Positions 1-7,182 of a DNA stretch of 32,000 nucleotides are shown here, piece by piece; within the stretch, counting starts at the first letter, position 1; each line of letters starts with the position of its first letter. This DNA comes from Hyalangium sp. (lineage in GTDB: Bacteria; Myxococcota; Myxococcia; Myxococcales; Myxococcaceae). A program made the translations under genes and the position numbers. The notes below the pieces were generated by a model. It did not search any database, was not told where the DNA came from, and saw only the letters and a list, made by a program, of their open reading frames with translations. The stretch covers positions 236,681 through 268,680 of the forward strand of contig NZ_JBJMQP010000039.1 of the NCBI RefSeq assembly GCF_045802625.1, given 5' to 3'.

Positions 1-285
1 CGGGGTCTTGTCCACGCAGGCCAGCTTGTTCGACACCAGGAAGGTCACCTTGGCCACCTGCCCAGAGTCGTCCTCCGCGACGGCCTCCAGCGTCGTCTGA
101 CCCGAGAACGTCGTCCCCGCCTTGATGCCGCCGGTGATCTCGATGCGGCTGGGAGCCATCTCGTCCACGCTCACGGGAGGCGGCTCCTCCTCCGAGCCGC
201 AGCTCATCGCGCTCAATCCCAGCAGCGCTACCGTACAGGACAGCGCCTGCCATCTACCGCGGGGCCAAAGACGGAACTCGCGCAT
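1..285 (-). CDS. Putative lipoprotein, N-terminal part only (gene runs off the left edge)
   Basis: Reverse-strand ATG at 285..283 opens a frame that stays open to position 1 (95 codons). It is absent from the ORF track because it has no stop in the window. My translation: MREFRLWPRGRWQALSCTVALLGLSAMSCGSEEEPPPVSVDEM...VAKVTFLVSNKLACVDKTP. A hydrophobic signal-like segment ends in Cys (imperfect lipobox AMSC). G/C third-position bias is strong. No family recognised. Confidence 0.55.
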   Translation of the reverse strand, partial: MREFRLWPRGRWQALSCTVALLGLSAMSCGSEEEPPPVSVDEMAPSRIEITGGIKAGTTFSGQTTLEAVAEDDSGQVAKVTFLVSNKLACVDKTP

Positions 286-493
286 AATTGCTCCTCCCCG
301 AAAGCGAGGACCGCTGTAGCACGCCAGCCCCCGTACACGCGAGCCAGTGCTCCGGGTTTCCAGTGCTTTGAGATCCACCAGCCCTTGGTCGTGACATGTC
401 GCGTCAACAAGCGAGCTGCCAGCGGGGCTCCTGTCTCCAGGAGCCGTAACTCGGCCTTGCATCCGACCGGCTTTACGTATTGGAAGAGGCGGC

Positions 494-1921
494 ATGAACA
501 ACACCACCGCCCTGACATCCTCCGATGCCATCTGGGAGAAGGAGATCCTCCCCCAGATCGAGCGCTACATCCGCATCCCCAACAAGTCCCCCGCGTTCGA
601 GCCGGACTGGGTGAAGAAGGGGCACATGGAGCAGGCGGTGAAGCTCATCGCCGACTGGGCCCAGTCGCAGGCGGCTCACATCCCGGGCCTCAAGGTCGAG
701 GTGGTGCGGCTGAACAACGACAAGGGCGAGCCGCGCACCCCCGTCATCTTCATGGAGATCCCCGGCGAGGGGAAGGACACCGTCCTGCTCTACGGCCACC
801 TGGACAAGCAGCCGGAGATGACGGGCTGGCGCCAGGGGCTGAGCCCGTGGGAGCCGGTGCGCGAGGGCGACAAGCTCTTCGGCCGTGGCGGCGCGGATGA
901 CGGGTACTCCTCCTTCGCGTCGCTGGCGGCCATCCGCCTGCTGAAGGAGCAGCAGCAGTCCCACGCCCGCTGCGTGGTGCTCATCGAGGCGTGCGAGGAG
1001 AGCGGCTCGTACGATCTGCCGGCCTACATCGAGGCCCTGGCGCCGCGCATCGGCCAGCCGTCCCTGGTGGTGTGCCTGGACTCGGGCTGCGCCAACTACG
1101 ATCAGCTCTGGATGACCACGAGCCTGCGCGGCCTGGTCTCGGGCAACCTGCGCGTGGACATCCTCACCGAGGGCGTGCACTCGGGTGACGCGAGCGGCCT
1201 GGTCCCCTCCTCGTTCCGCATCCTGCGCCAGCTGCTGGATCGCGTGGATGACGTGGCCACGGGCCGCGTGCGCATCGAGGGCCTGCACGTGCAGGTTCCG
1301 CCCGCCCGTCTGGAGCAGGCCAAGGCGGTGGCGCAGGTGCTGGGCCAGGAGGTGTACAACCGCTTCCCGTGGGTGCCCGGCGCTCGGCCGGTGGCCAATG
1401 ACGGCACGGAGCTGATCCTCAACCGGACGTGGCGTCCGGCGCTCTCCGTCACCGGCGCCGAGGGCATGCCGGCGCTGGGGAGCGCGGGCAACGTGCTGCG
1501 GCCGTACACCTCGCTGAAGCTGAGCATGCGGATTCCCCCGCGCCTGGATCCGGCGGCGGCCACCAAGGCGCTCAAGGAGGCGCTGGAGAGCAACCCGCCC
1601 TACGGCGCCAAGGTGACGTTCGAGGGTGAGAAGGCGAGCGCGGGCTGGGACGCGCCAGCGCTGGCGCCGTGGCTGGAGAAGGCCACCGCCGAGGCCAGTC
1701 AGGCCTTCTTCGGCAAGCCCTTCATGGCCATGGGCGAGGGCGGCACCATCCCCTTCATGGAGATGCTGGGCAAGCGCTTCCCCGAGGCGCAGTTCCTGAT
1801 CACCGGCGTGCTCGGGCCGGGCTCCAACGCGCACGGGCCCAACGAGTTCCTCCACATCCCCACCGGCAAGAGGCTCACCGCCTGCGTGGCCAGCGTGGTG
1901 GCCGCGCACTTCAAGCGGTAG
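494..1921 (+). CDS. M20 family metallopeptidase / dipeptidase (CNDP/PepV-like)
   Basis: 475-aa ORF. M20 metal and catalytic motifs are visible: YGHLDKQP (His ligand), GRGGADDGY (bridging Asp), EACEESGS (general-base Glu plus Glu ligand), HGPNEF (His ligand). GAAGAGG lies a few nt upstream of the ATG. Confidence 0.9.
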   Translation: MNNTTALTSSDAIWEKEILPQIERYIRIPNKSPAFEPDWVKKGHMEQAVKLIADWAQSQAAHIPGLKVEVVRLNNDKGEPRTPVIFMEIPGEGKDTVLLYGHLDKQPEMTGWRQGLSPWEPVREGDKLFGRGGADDGYSSFASLAAIRLLKEQQQSHARCVVLIEACEESGSYDLPAYIEALAPRIGQPSLVVCLDSGCANYDQLWMTTSLRGLVSGNLRVDILTEGVHSGDASGLVPSSFRILRQLLDRVDDVATGRVRIEGLHVQVPPARLEQAKAVAQVLGQEVYNRFPWVPGARPVANDGTELILNRTWRPALSVTGAEGMPALGSAGNVLRPYTSLKLSMRIPPRLDPAAATKALKEALESNPPYGAKVTFEGEKASAGWDAPALAPWLEKATAEASQAFFGKPFMAMGEGGTIPFMEMLGKRFPEAQFLITGVLGPGSNAHGPNEFLHIPTGKRLTACVASVVAAHFKR

Positions 1922-1968
1922 CGCGCGAGAGGCCCGGCTCGGGACGCTTCACCGCTCCGGAGCAGTCA

Positions 1969-2478
1969 TCACAACCCCACGTAGAAGCGATCCCAAGCCC
2001 GGCTGGAGTTGCCCTTCCCATCCGACAGCTCCAGCATCCAGGTATAGGTCCTGTACTTGCCGAGATCGCTCGTCTGCCCGTTGAGGTAGGTGGCTGAGCT
2101 CTGGGACACGGGCATGTCATAGAGCCACTTCCCAACATTGATGCGCAGCGAGAAGGCCAGAGAGTCCACCACGCTGGTGGCGCGCACCTGGGCCTTCCCC
2201 TCTTGAGGGGGCGCGGTGTACAGGCCCTCGCCGTCCACCGTGCCCTCGCCGGAAGTCACCTCCCAGCTCAAGCGCGTGTCGGAGGTTCCCTTCACCGTGG
2301 CTTGGAGGCGGACGCTGTCCCCGGGAGCCACTTCCACCATCACCGGATCCACCGTCACTTCGATGACGTCTTGCTCATTCTTGGAGCAGGCCAGCGCCAG
2401 CATCAGCACCGCCGGCACCAGCACAGGAGAGACAAGGACAGCGCGCGATGGGACTCGGAAGGGAGACGGAGCAGCCAT
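1969..2478 (-). CDS. Lipoprotein with probable Ig-like (BIG2-type) domain
   Basis: 169-aa ORF. The N-terminus MAAPSPFRVPSRAVLVSPVLVPAVLMLALAC-SKNE carries a classic lipobox (LALAC). It is followed by a beta-rich segment (VTVDPVMVEVAPGDSVRLQATVKGTSDTRLSWEVTSGEGTVDGEGLYTAP) typical of bacterial Ig-like domains. Confidence 0.7.
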   Translation of the reverse strand: MAAPSPFRVPSRAVLVSPVLVPAVLMLALACSKNEQDVIEVTVDPVMVEVAPGDSVRLQATVKGTSDTRLSWEVTSGEGTVDGEGLYTAPPQEGKAQVRATSVVDSLAFSLRINVGKWLYDMPVSQSSATYLNGQTSDLGKYRTYTWMLELSDGKGNSSRAWDRFYVGL

Positions 2479-2525
2479 GAGAGCGAAGTCTGCCCAAGGG
2501 CTGTGGCCTCGTCATCGTCCTCCGC

Positions 2526-4343
2526 TCACCGCAGCAGCAAGGCGCAAAGACTTCCAAAACCTACAGCTCCAACGGTGAGCCAGGCCACATAGTCTCCCAC
2601 GTGACCACTGTGAAGTTCTCGCAAAGGGTACAGCCCTGAATCGACGAGCTGCGCCACGGGCCGCCGCACGGCTTCCGGGAGGGACTTGCGGAACAGCGTC
2701 AGCGCCGCCAGCAGCGCCGCGCCCAGCGTGACGAGCACCCCGCGCACGGCCGAGGCCCTCAACGGCTCGGGAGGCGCCAAGATCGGCGGTGCGAGCGTCG
2801 TGCCCTCGAGTACCCGAGCCGCGAGGCCCGCCGTGTCTCGCATGCGCTCGGCCTGAGCGTCCGCCTTGTGGCGCAGCCCAGGCCAGGCCGCCATCACCAG
2901 CCCCAGCAGCAGGAGCGCCGCGGCCGGAGCCACCATGGAGACAGGGAGCCCCTTGTGAGGACCGGCCGTCTCGGGTTTCTCGCTCGTCTCGCCGCCCACG
3001 CCCGGCACCTCCTCCTCGGGGGGGCCCAGTCCCAGGAAGATGCGCCCAGCGGCGCGCAGGACCGCGCCGCCCGTGAGAATGGCCGAGACGGCGAAGACCC
3101 AGGAGAGCCAGGAGTATCCAAGCTTCTCGGCGGCCTCCTCCATCGAGCTCTCCCCCAGGAAGGTGCCAAAGGGCGGCAGGCCCGAGAGCCCCAGGCCACC
3201 GAGGGTGAGCAGCAGTCCCAGCGTCGGCAGCTTCTTCCCACGCCCGCGAAGGGGAATCTCATCCACGGTCTTGAAGCGGTGCAGCAGCAGGCCCACGCAC
3301 AGGAACAGCGAGGCCTTGATCAGTCCGTGCCCCAGGGCATAGACGGCGGCGCCCGCGAGCCCTCCCTGCGAGCCCAGGCCGAAGCCCATCACCATCAACC
3401 CCATGTGACTGATGGTGGAGAAGGCGAGCAACCGCTTGAGGTGGCGCTGCGCGAAGCACATCGCGCCCCCGACGAGCGCGGTGGCCACGCCCAGGCCAAT
3501 GAAGAGCGCCCGCACCTTCGCCTCGTGCGGGCTCAGCGGCCCGGCGAACAGAGAGCCATAGACCCGGGCGACGGCGTACAGGCCCGCCTCCACCATCACT
3601 CCCGAGAAGAGGATGCACACCGGCGTGGGCGCCACCGCGTGCGCGTCCGCCAGCCAGAAGTGGAAGGGAATCACCGCCGCCTTCACGAAGAAGCCGCAGA
3701 CCACGAAGGCGAAGGCGACCAGCACCAGCCCGTCGTGCGCCGTGCCCAGCCCCCGGGACATCTGGGCGAGGTTGAGCGCTCCGGTCCGTCCGTAGATCAG
3801 CGCGATGCCAGTCAGCACCAGGAAGGCGCCAATGGTGTTGGTGACACCAAAGTTGATGGCTCCCTGCAGGGGGCTGGGCTCCTCGCTCTTGTAGCCGCAG
3901 AGCGCGAAGGCCGAGGCGCTCATCAGCTCGAAGAAGACGAACAGGTTGAAGATGTCCCCGGTCAGCCCGAAGCCGCACAGCGCCGCCAGGAAGACCAGCA
4001 TCAGCACGTGGAACATCGCCCCCAGCGCGTCGAAGTAGCGCACCGAGAAGATGAAGGCCGCCGTCACCAGCACCCCGGTGAGCGCTCCCAGGCCCGCGCC
4101 GATGGGATCGATCACGAAGGAGATGCCCACGGCCACGCCCTTGCGCGGAAACCAGCCTCCGAACCAGTAGACGATGGGGTTGTCCACCGACTCCTGCATC
4201 AGCCGGATGCAGAGGGCCGTCACCGCGGCAGAGGTCAGCACGGCCAGCGCGTCCGACACGCGGCGGGGAATGAACCTCCCCACCGCCGCGAGGAAGGCGG
4301 CCATCAGCAAGGGAATCGCCACGGGCAAAGGAGGCAGGTTCAC
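2526..4343 (-). CDS. mrpD: Mrp/Mnh antiporter-like subunit D (NuoN/NuoM/NuoL proton-pumping family) with C-terminal extension
   Basis: 605-aa polytopic ORF. The N-terminal region (WFGGWFPRKGVAVGISFVIDPIGA) and the core (FFELMSASAFALCGY, PFHFWLADAHAVAPTPV, FSTISHMGLMVMGFG) match the Mrp D / complex I antiporter-like family. It is the last gene of the mrp-like operon. Confidence 0.9.
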   Translation of the reverse strand: MNLPPLPVAIPLLMAAFLAAVGRFIPRRVSDALAVLTSAAVTALCIRLMQESVDNPIVYWFGGWFPRKGVAVGISFVIDPIGAGLGALTGVLVTAAFIFSVRYFDALGAMFHVLMLVFLAALCGFGLTGDIFNLFVFFELMSASAFALCGYKSEEPSPLQGAINFGVTNTIGAFLVLTGIALIYGRTGALNLAQMSRGLGTAHDGLVLVAFAFVVCGFFVKAAVIPFHFWLADAHAVAPTPVCILFSGVMVEAGLYAVARVYGSLFAGPLSPHEAKVRALFIGLGVATALVGGAMCFAQRHLKRLLAFSTISHMGLMVMGFGLGSQGGLAGAAVYALGHGLIKASLFLCVGLLLHRFKTVDEIPLRGRGKKLPTLGLLLTLGGLGLSGLPPFGTFLGESSMEEAAEKLGYSWLSWVFAVSAILTGGAVLRAAGRIFLGLGPPEEEVPGVGGETSEKPETAGPHKGLPVSMVAPAAALLLLGLVMAAWPGLRHKADAQAERMRDTAGLAARVLEGTTLAPPILAPPEPLRASAVRGVLVTLGAALLAALTLFRKSLPEAVRRPVAQLVDSGLYPLRELHSGHVGDYVAWLTVGAVGFGSLCALLLR

Positions 4344-4347
4344 CGCG

Positions 4348-4710
4348 TCACCCCTTCATGATCCGCATCTCTTCGGGATCCAGCGAGCCTGTCCGCTTGT
4401 GCGCCTGGACCGCGAGCGCCAGCAGCAGCGCCATCACGGTGGCCTCCACCACTACGTCCGTCAGCATGAGCGCCTGCACCACGGGATCGACGGCCGGTGT
4501 CCCCGTGGGGATGTCCGAGAAGATGGGCGCCACGGCGCCAACCTGGTAGCCGATCGCCAGCAGCAGGACGTAGGTGGAGGACTGGAGGATCGCCACACAG
4601 ATCACCAGGTGCACCAGGTTCCGGCTGGTCGTCACTCCATACAGCCCCCAGAAGAACAGCCAGATCGCCACCATGTAGGGCGCATGATCCAAGAGGAGCT
4701 TCAGCATCAC
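4348..4710 (-). CDS. mrpC: Mrp/Mnh antiporter subunit C (NuoK-like)
   Basis: 120-aa ORF with 3 TM segments (MMLKLLLDHAPYMVAIWLFFWGLYGVTTSRNLVHLVICVAILQSSTYVLLLAIGY...). This is the MnhC/NuoK pattern. The start is GTG 4710 or ATG 4707, both overlapping the stop of the upstream gene (TGA 4709..4707). Confidence 0.9.
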   Translation of the reverse strand: MMLKLLLDHAPYMVAIWLFFWGLYGVTTSRNLVHLVICVAILQSSTYVLLLAIGYQVGAVAPIFSDIPTGTPAVDPVVQALMLTDVVVEATVMALLLALAVQAHKRTGSLDPEEMRIMKG

Positions 4711-5498
4711 TTCTCCTCACGCTCGTGCTTGAGCCGCTTCTGGAGGGTCTGCTCGAGGAAGACCGACAGCAGGAGCACGAACCCCGCCGCGACCTCCAGC
4801 CCCGTGGTCGCGCTGATGAGCGGGATGGTCCCCCCCGAGGTGATCTTCCCGTCGGGAGGCCCGAGCGGCACGACGTTCTGCAGGAAGGCCGCGGCCCGGA
4901 GCAGCCCCAGCAACCCCAGCAGCACGAAGCCGGTAGCACCACAGGACTCCGCCACCTCCACCAACGTATGGGGGACAATGCGCAGGAACCGCCGGGGATC
5001 GCCCGCGAGGTACACCAGCAGCGGAGCCGTGGCGAGGATCACCCCCCCCTGGAAGCCTCCACCCGGGCTGACCTGCCCGTGGGTGATGATGTAGAGCCCG
5101 AAGACTACGTTGATCCCCACCAGCCCCACTCCCAGCGTCCGGACCGCGTCGCTGGGAGGAGGCGGGCGGCGGCTCGCGGCCTTGTCCTCGCCAGAGTCCT
5201 TCGAGTCCTCCCCCTGCTCCGCTTCATCCTTCTGCTTGCGCAGCAGCAGGGCCGCCCCGATCACCGAGGCGAAGAGGATGAACTCCTCTCCCAGGGTGTC
5301 GAAACCCCGGTAGTCGAAGTTCACCGAGGTGACGATGTCCGTGGAGTGACGCTCGGTGACGGCCACCTGGTTGAGCACGATGCCGTAGGGTCCATGGTAC
5401 ACGCCGGCCGGCGGTAGCCCGCTTGCGCCCCACAGGTAGAGCGCCGCGAGGCCCAGGCCTCCCGCGATCACGGCCACCTTTCGGCCCCGAGCGCTCAT
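4707..5498 (-). CDS. mrpB: Fused MbhE-like (MrpA C-terminal) + MnhB/MrpB subunit
   Basis: The track ORF 4707..5942 is over-extended. I place the start at ATG 5498..5496, which forms an ATGA overlap with the upstream stop (TGA 5497..5495). The N-half carries VNFDYRGFDTLGEEFILFASV (MrpA-C/MbhE-type motif). The C-half carries THGQVSPGGGFQGGVILA (MnhB signature). The halves are joined by an acidic/Pro linker. Confidence 0.85.
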   Translation of the reverse strand: MSARGRKVAVIAGGLGLAALYLWGASGLPPAGVYHGPYGIVLNQVAVTERHSTDIVTSVNFDYRGFDTLGEEFILFASVIGAALLLRKQKDEAEQGEDSKDSGEDKAASRRPPPPSDAVRTLGVGLVGINVVFGLYIITHGQVSPGGGFQGGVILATAPLLVYLAGDPRRFLRIVPHTLVEVAESCGATGFVLLGLLGLLRAAAFLQNVVPLGPPDGKITSGGTIPLISATTGLEVAAGFVLLLSVFLEQTLQKRLKHEREEK

Positions 5499-5797
5499 GG
5501 CTCCGCGGGCTCCTTGCCGCTCTTCTCGCCTTTCTGCTCCTCCGTGTTCCGGCGGATGCGGGCCATGGCCAGCAGCAGCATCAGCGGCAGCGCCACCGCT
5601 CCCACGGTGAGCTGTGAGAGCGCCACGTCCGGGGCCTGGAAGAGGAAGAACATCAACGCCACCAGCAACCCGTACAGGCTGACTCCGATGGACTGCGGCA
5701 CAGGATCGCGGGTGAGCACCACCCCCGCCCCCATGCCCGCCACGAAGATCAAGATGCCCAGCTGCATGAGCTGCACGACGAGGGGCTCCGTGCTCAT
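5495..5797 (-). CDS. MbhD/DUF4040-like small membrane subunit (MrpA C-terminal fragment)
   Basis: 100-aa ORF with 3 hydrophobic helices (LMQLGILIFVAGMGAGVVL..., SLYGLLVALMFFLFQAPDVALSQLTVGAVALPLMLLLA). This resembles the MbhD / MrpA C-terminal domain. ATGA overlaps occur at both ends (5794..5797 and 5495..5498). Confidence 0.75.
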   Translation of the reverse strand: MSTEPLVVQLMQLGILIFVAGMGAGVVLTRDPVPQSIGVSLYGLLVALMFFLFQAPDVALSQLTVGAVALPLMLLLAMARIRRNTEEQKGEKSGKEPAEP

Positions 5798-6174
5798 GCC
5801 TCTCCTCCGGGCCGGGAGTCCTCTGCCTGGCCCACGAAGCCCTGCTGGCCCACCAGGGGGATCCGCTCGCTCGGCTCCACGGACAACCGGCCCAGCTCGC
5901 GGATACGGGCAGCCCGGGCGGTGGCGTGGGTGATGACACCATTCATGGTGATCAACACCACGGTGGTCAGCAGCATCTTCAGCCCTGCAACCTTCTGCGG
6001 CTCATCCAGGAACACCGCCAGGTTGATCAGGATGGCGCCCACGGTGGTGGGCGGCCCGATGTAGTGCAGCCGCTGGTACGGATCCTTCATGACCAGCACG
6101 CCCACCGAGGACAGCAAGGTGATCAGCACCGCGAGGCCCAGCAGCAGCGCCACGCTCCACTGGTGCACGCTCAT
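5794..6174 (-). CDS. mrpG: Mrp/Mnh antiporter subunit G
   Basis: The sequence MSVHQWSVALLLGLAVLITLLSSVGVLVMKDPYQRLHYIGPPTTVGAILI... matches the MnhG pattern (RlH...k..tlG). I prefer ATG 6174..6172, which forms an ATGA overlap with the mrpF stop (6173..6171), over the track GTG at 6180. Confidence 0.85.
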   Translation of the reverse strand: MSVHQWSVALLLGLAVLITLLSSVGVLVMKDPYQRLHYIGPPTTVGAILINLAVFLDEPQKVAGLKMLLTTVVLITMNGVITHATARAARIRELGRLSVEPSERIPLVGQQGFVGQAEDSRPGGEA

Positions 6175-6422
6175 AGCCACCGCTCCAGGAAGCGCGCGAA
6201 CACCAGCCCACTGCCAAACGAGAGCAGCGCCAACGTCAACGCCAGATCGTAGAAGGGAATCCGGTGAAACCCCTGCGCGAGCAGCACGAGCAGCAGCGTC
6301 GTGACGACCCCTGCCATCTCCAGACTCGCCAGTCGATCAACCGGCTTGCCACGCAGACAGGCGATCACGCAGGGCACCAGCGACAGCATCATCCCCGCGG
6401 CGGCCAGCAACCAGAGGTTCAT
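6171..6422 (-). CDS. mrpF: Mrp/Mnh antiporter subunit F
   Basis: 83-aa ORF with 3 TM segments (MNLWLLAAAGMMLSLVPCVIACLRGKPVDRLASLEMAGVVTTLLLVLLA...). This is the MnhF/MrpF pattern. ATGA overlap with mrpE at 6419..6422. Confidence 0.85.
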   Translation of the reverse strand: MNLWLLAAAGMMLSLVPCVIACLRGKPVDRLASLEMAGVVTTLLLVLLAQGFHRIPFYDLALTLALLSFGSGLVFARFLERWL

Positions 6423-6943
6423 GGCTTCGCCCCCAGCTTCCGGGTCATCTCCGTGAGCTCGCCCTCGTTCAACCGGTGGAAGAGCATCAACCGCTTCTCC
6501 CGATCGATATCCACCACCACGAAGCTCGGGGTGATGTTGGTATAGGTGATGGCGAGCGCCCTCATGGCGGCTGCATCATCGGAGGAGCCGCAGGCCTCGT
6601 AAGGAACAGCGCGCAGCAGGGACTCGGCCTTGTGGCGGGTGAAGAGGTGGCGCAGCAGGATCCCGAGCACCTCGCAGGTGTCCGTGACCATGTAGAGGGG
6701 CAGGCGCCACCCCTGGGCGACCCATGAGAGGTGAGCACCAAAGCGTGCCAGGTCGGTAGCCCAGGCAATGGATGAACCGGTGGCAGCCATCGCCGCGGCC
6801 ACGCTCCCGGCGAGCAGCTCCGCCAGCTCCAGCTTGCCCACGAAGAGCAGCCAAGCCCCGAAGAAGAGGACCCATTGGGTCACCCAGAGCAGCACTGCCT
6901 TCCAGCGTGGTGTCCTCTGCTTGTCCTGCTCAGACCTGATCAT
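6419..6943 (-). CDS. mrpE: Mrp/Mnh antiporter subunit E
   Basis: 174-aa ORF and first gene of the operon. Two N-terminal TM helices are followed by a soluble domain (ITPSFVVVDIDREKRLMLFHRL), as in MnhE. No clear Shine-Dalgarno precedes ATG 6943, so the start is less certain. Confidence 0.75.
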   Translation of the reverse strand: MIRSEQDKQRTPRWKAVLLWVTQWVLFFGAWLLFVGKLELAELLAGSVAAAMAATGSSIAWATDLARFGAHLSWVAQGWRLPLYMVTDTCEVLGILLRHLFTRHKAESLLRAVPYEACGSSDDAAAMRALAITYTNITPSFVVVDIDREKRLMLFHRLNEGELTEMTRKLGAKP

Positions 6944-7182
6944 AGGGGACTGGCGCGCGGGAGTTCAAACCTCTACGCCAGGCCGCTAGGTAAGCACTCG
7001 CCCCGGGATTGGAAAGCCCTCCTGGATCCATTGACCGGGCCACACCGCCGAGCAACCGAACGTCAGCGGACGGACGCACTGGACCTGGGTACAAGCCGAG
7101 CGCCTCAACCTCGCGGCGCCGAGTGACCATCCTTACCTTTGGCAGGCATCCAACCTGGGAGGTTACCTTGGGACTCTTCGAC

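Noticed and set aside
457-483. Possible sigma-70 promoter TTGCAT-N15-TATTGG upstream of the M20 peptidase gene
   Set aside because: The 15-nt spacer is short. The -10 hexamer would sit only about 10 nt from the ATG and overlap the ribosome-binding region. Promoter consensus for this lineage is poorly defined, so the call is not supportable from sequence alone.
1922-1968. Terminator between the convergent M20 peptidase and lipoprotein genes
   Set aside because: Only very short stems are present (CCCG-GCT-CGGG and the 10-bp palindrome GCTCCGGAGC with no loop). There is no U-tract. This is too weak to call.
6950-6983. tRNA-like element: G-TTCAAAC-C matches the T-loop consensus (G53 TTCRANY C61) and is flanked by acceptor-like CTGGCG/CGCCAG
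   Set aside because: The T-stem would have only 4 pairs, including one G.U and one mismatch. There is no D-arm or anticodon arm, the 5' acceptor strand is adjacent rather than about 50 nt away, and there is no CCA or discriminator context. It is not a tRNA gene. I cannot support a tRNA-fragment att scar either, because no integrase or direct repeat is present in the window. It is kept only as a small inverted repeat in the mrp/fdh control region.
7047-7123. Three GCCGAG hexamers upstream of fdnG, considered as a possible Moco riboswitch or repeated operator
   Set aside because: The hexamer is expected often in DNA of this composition. The spacing is irregular (48 and 23 nt). I cannot reproduce the Moco RNA motif secondary structure by eye. 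A covariance-model scan would be needed, so I make no claim.
7140-7155. Sigma-54-like -24 element TGGCAG upstream of fdnG
   Set aside because: The -12 position reads CAAC instead of TTGC, so there is no GC dinucleotide at the required spacing. The similar-looking CGGCAC at about 19433 upstream of the ASRT gene also lacks the -12 GC.
7009-7182. N-terminal extension of the fdnG ORF containing SRRRV, a possible twin-arginine signal
   Set aside because: No hydrophobic h-region follows the RRR. Third-codon-position G/C drops in this stretch, with many A/T-ending codons. A good GGGAGG site precedes the downstream TTG 7168 / ATG 7183 starts. It is probably 5' UTR.
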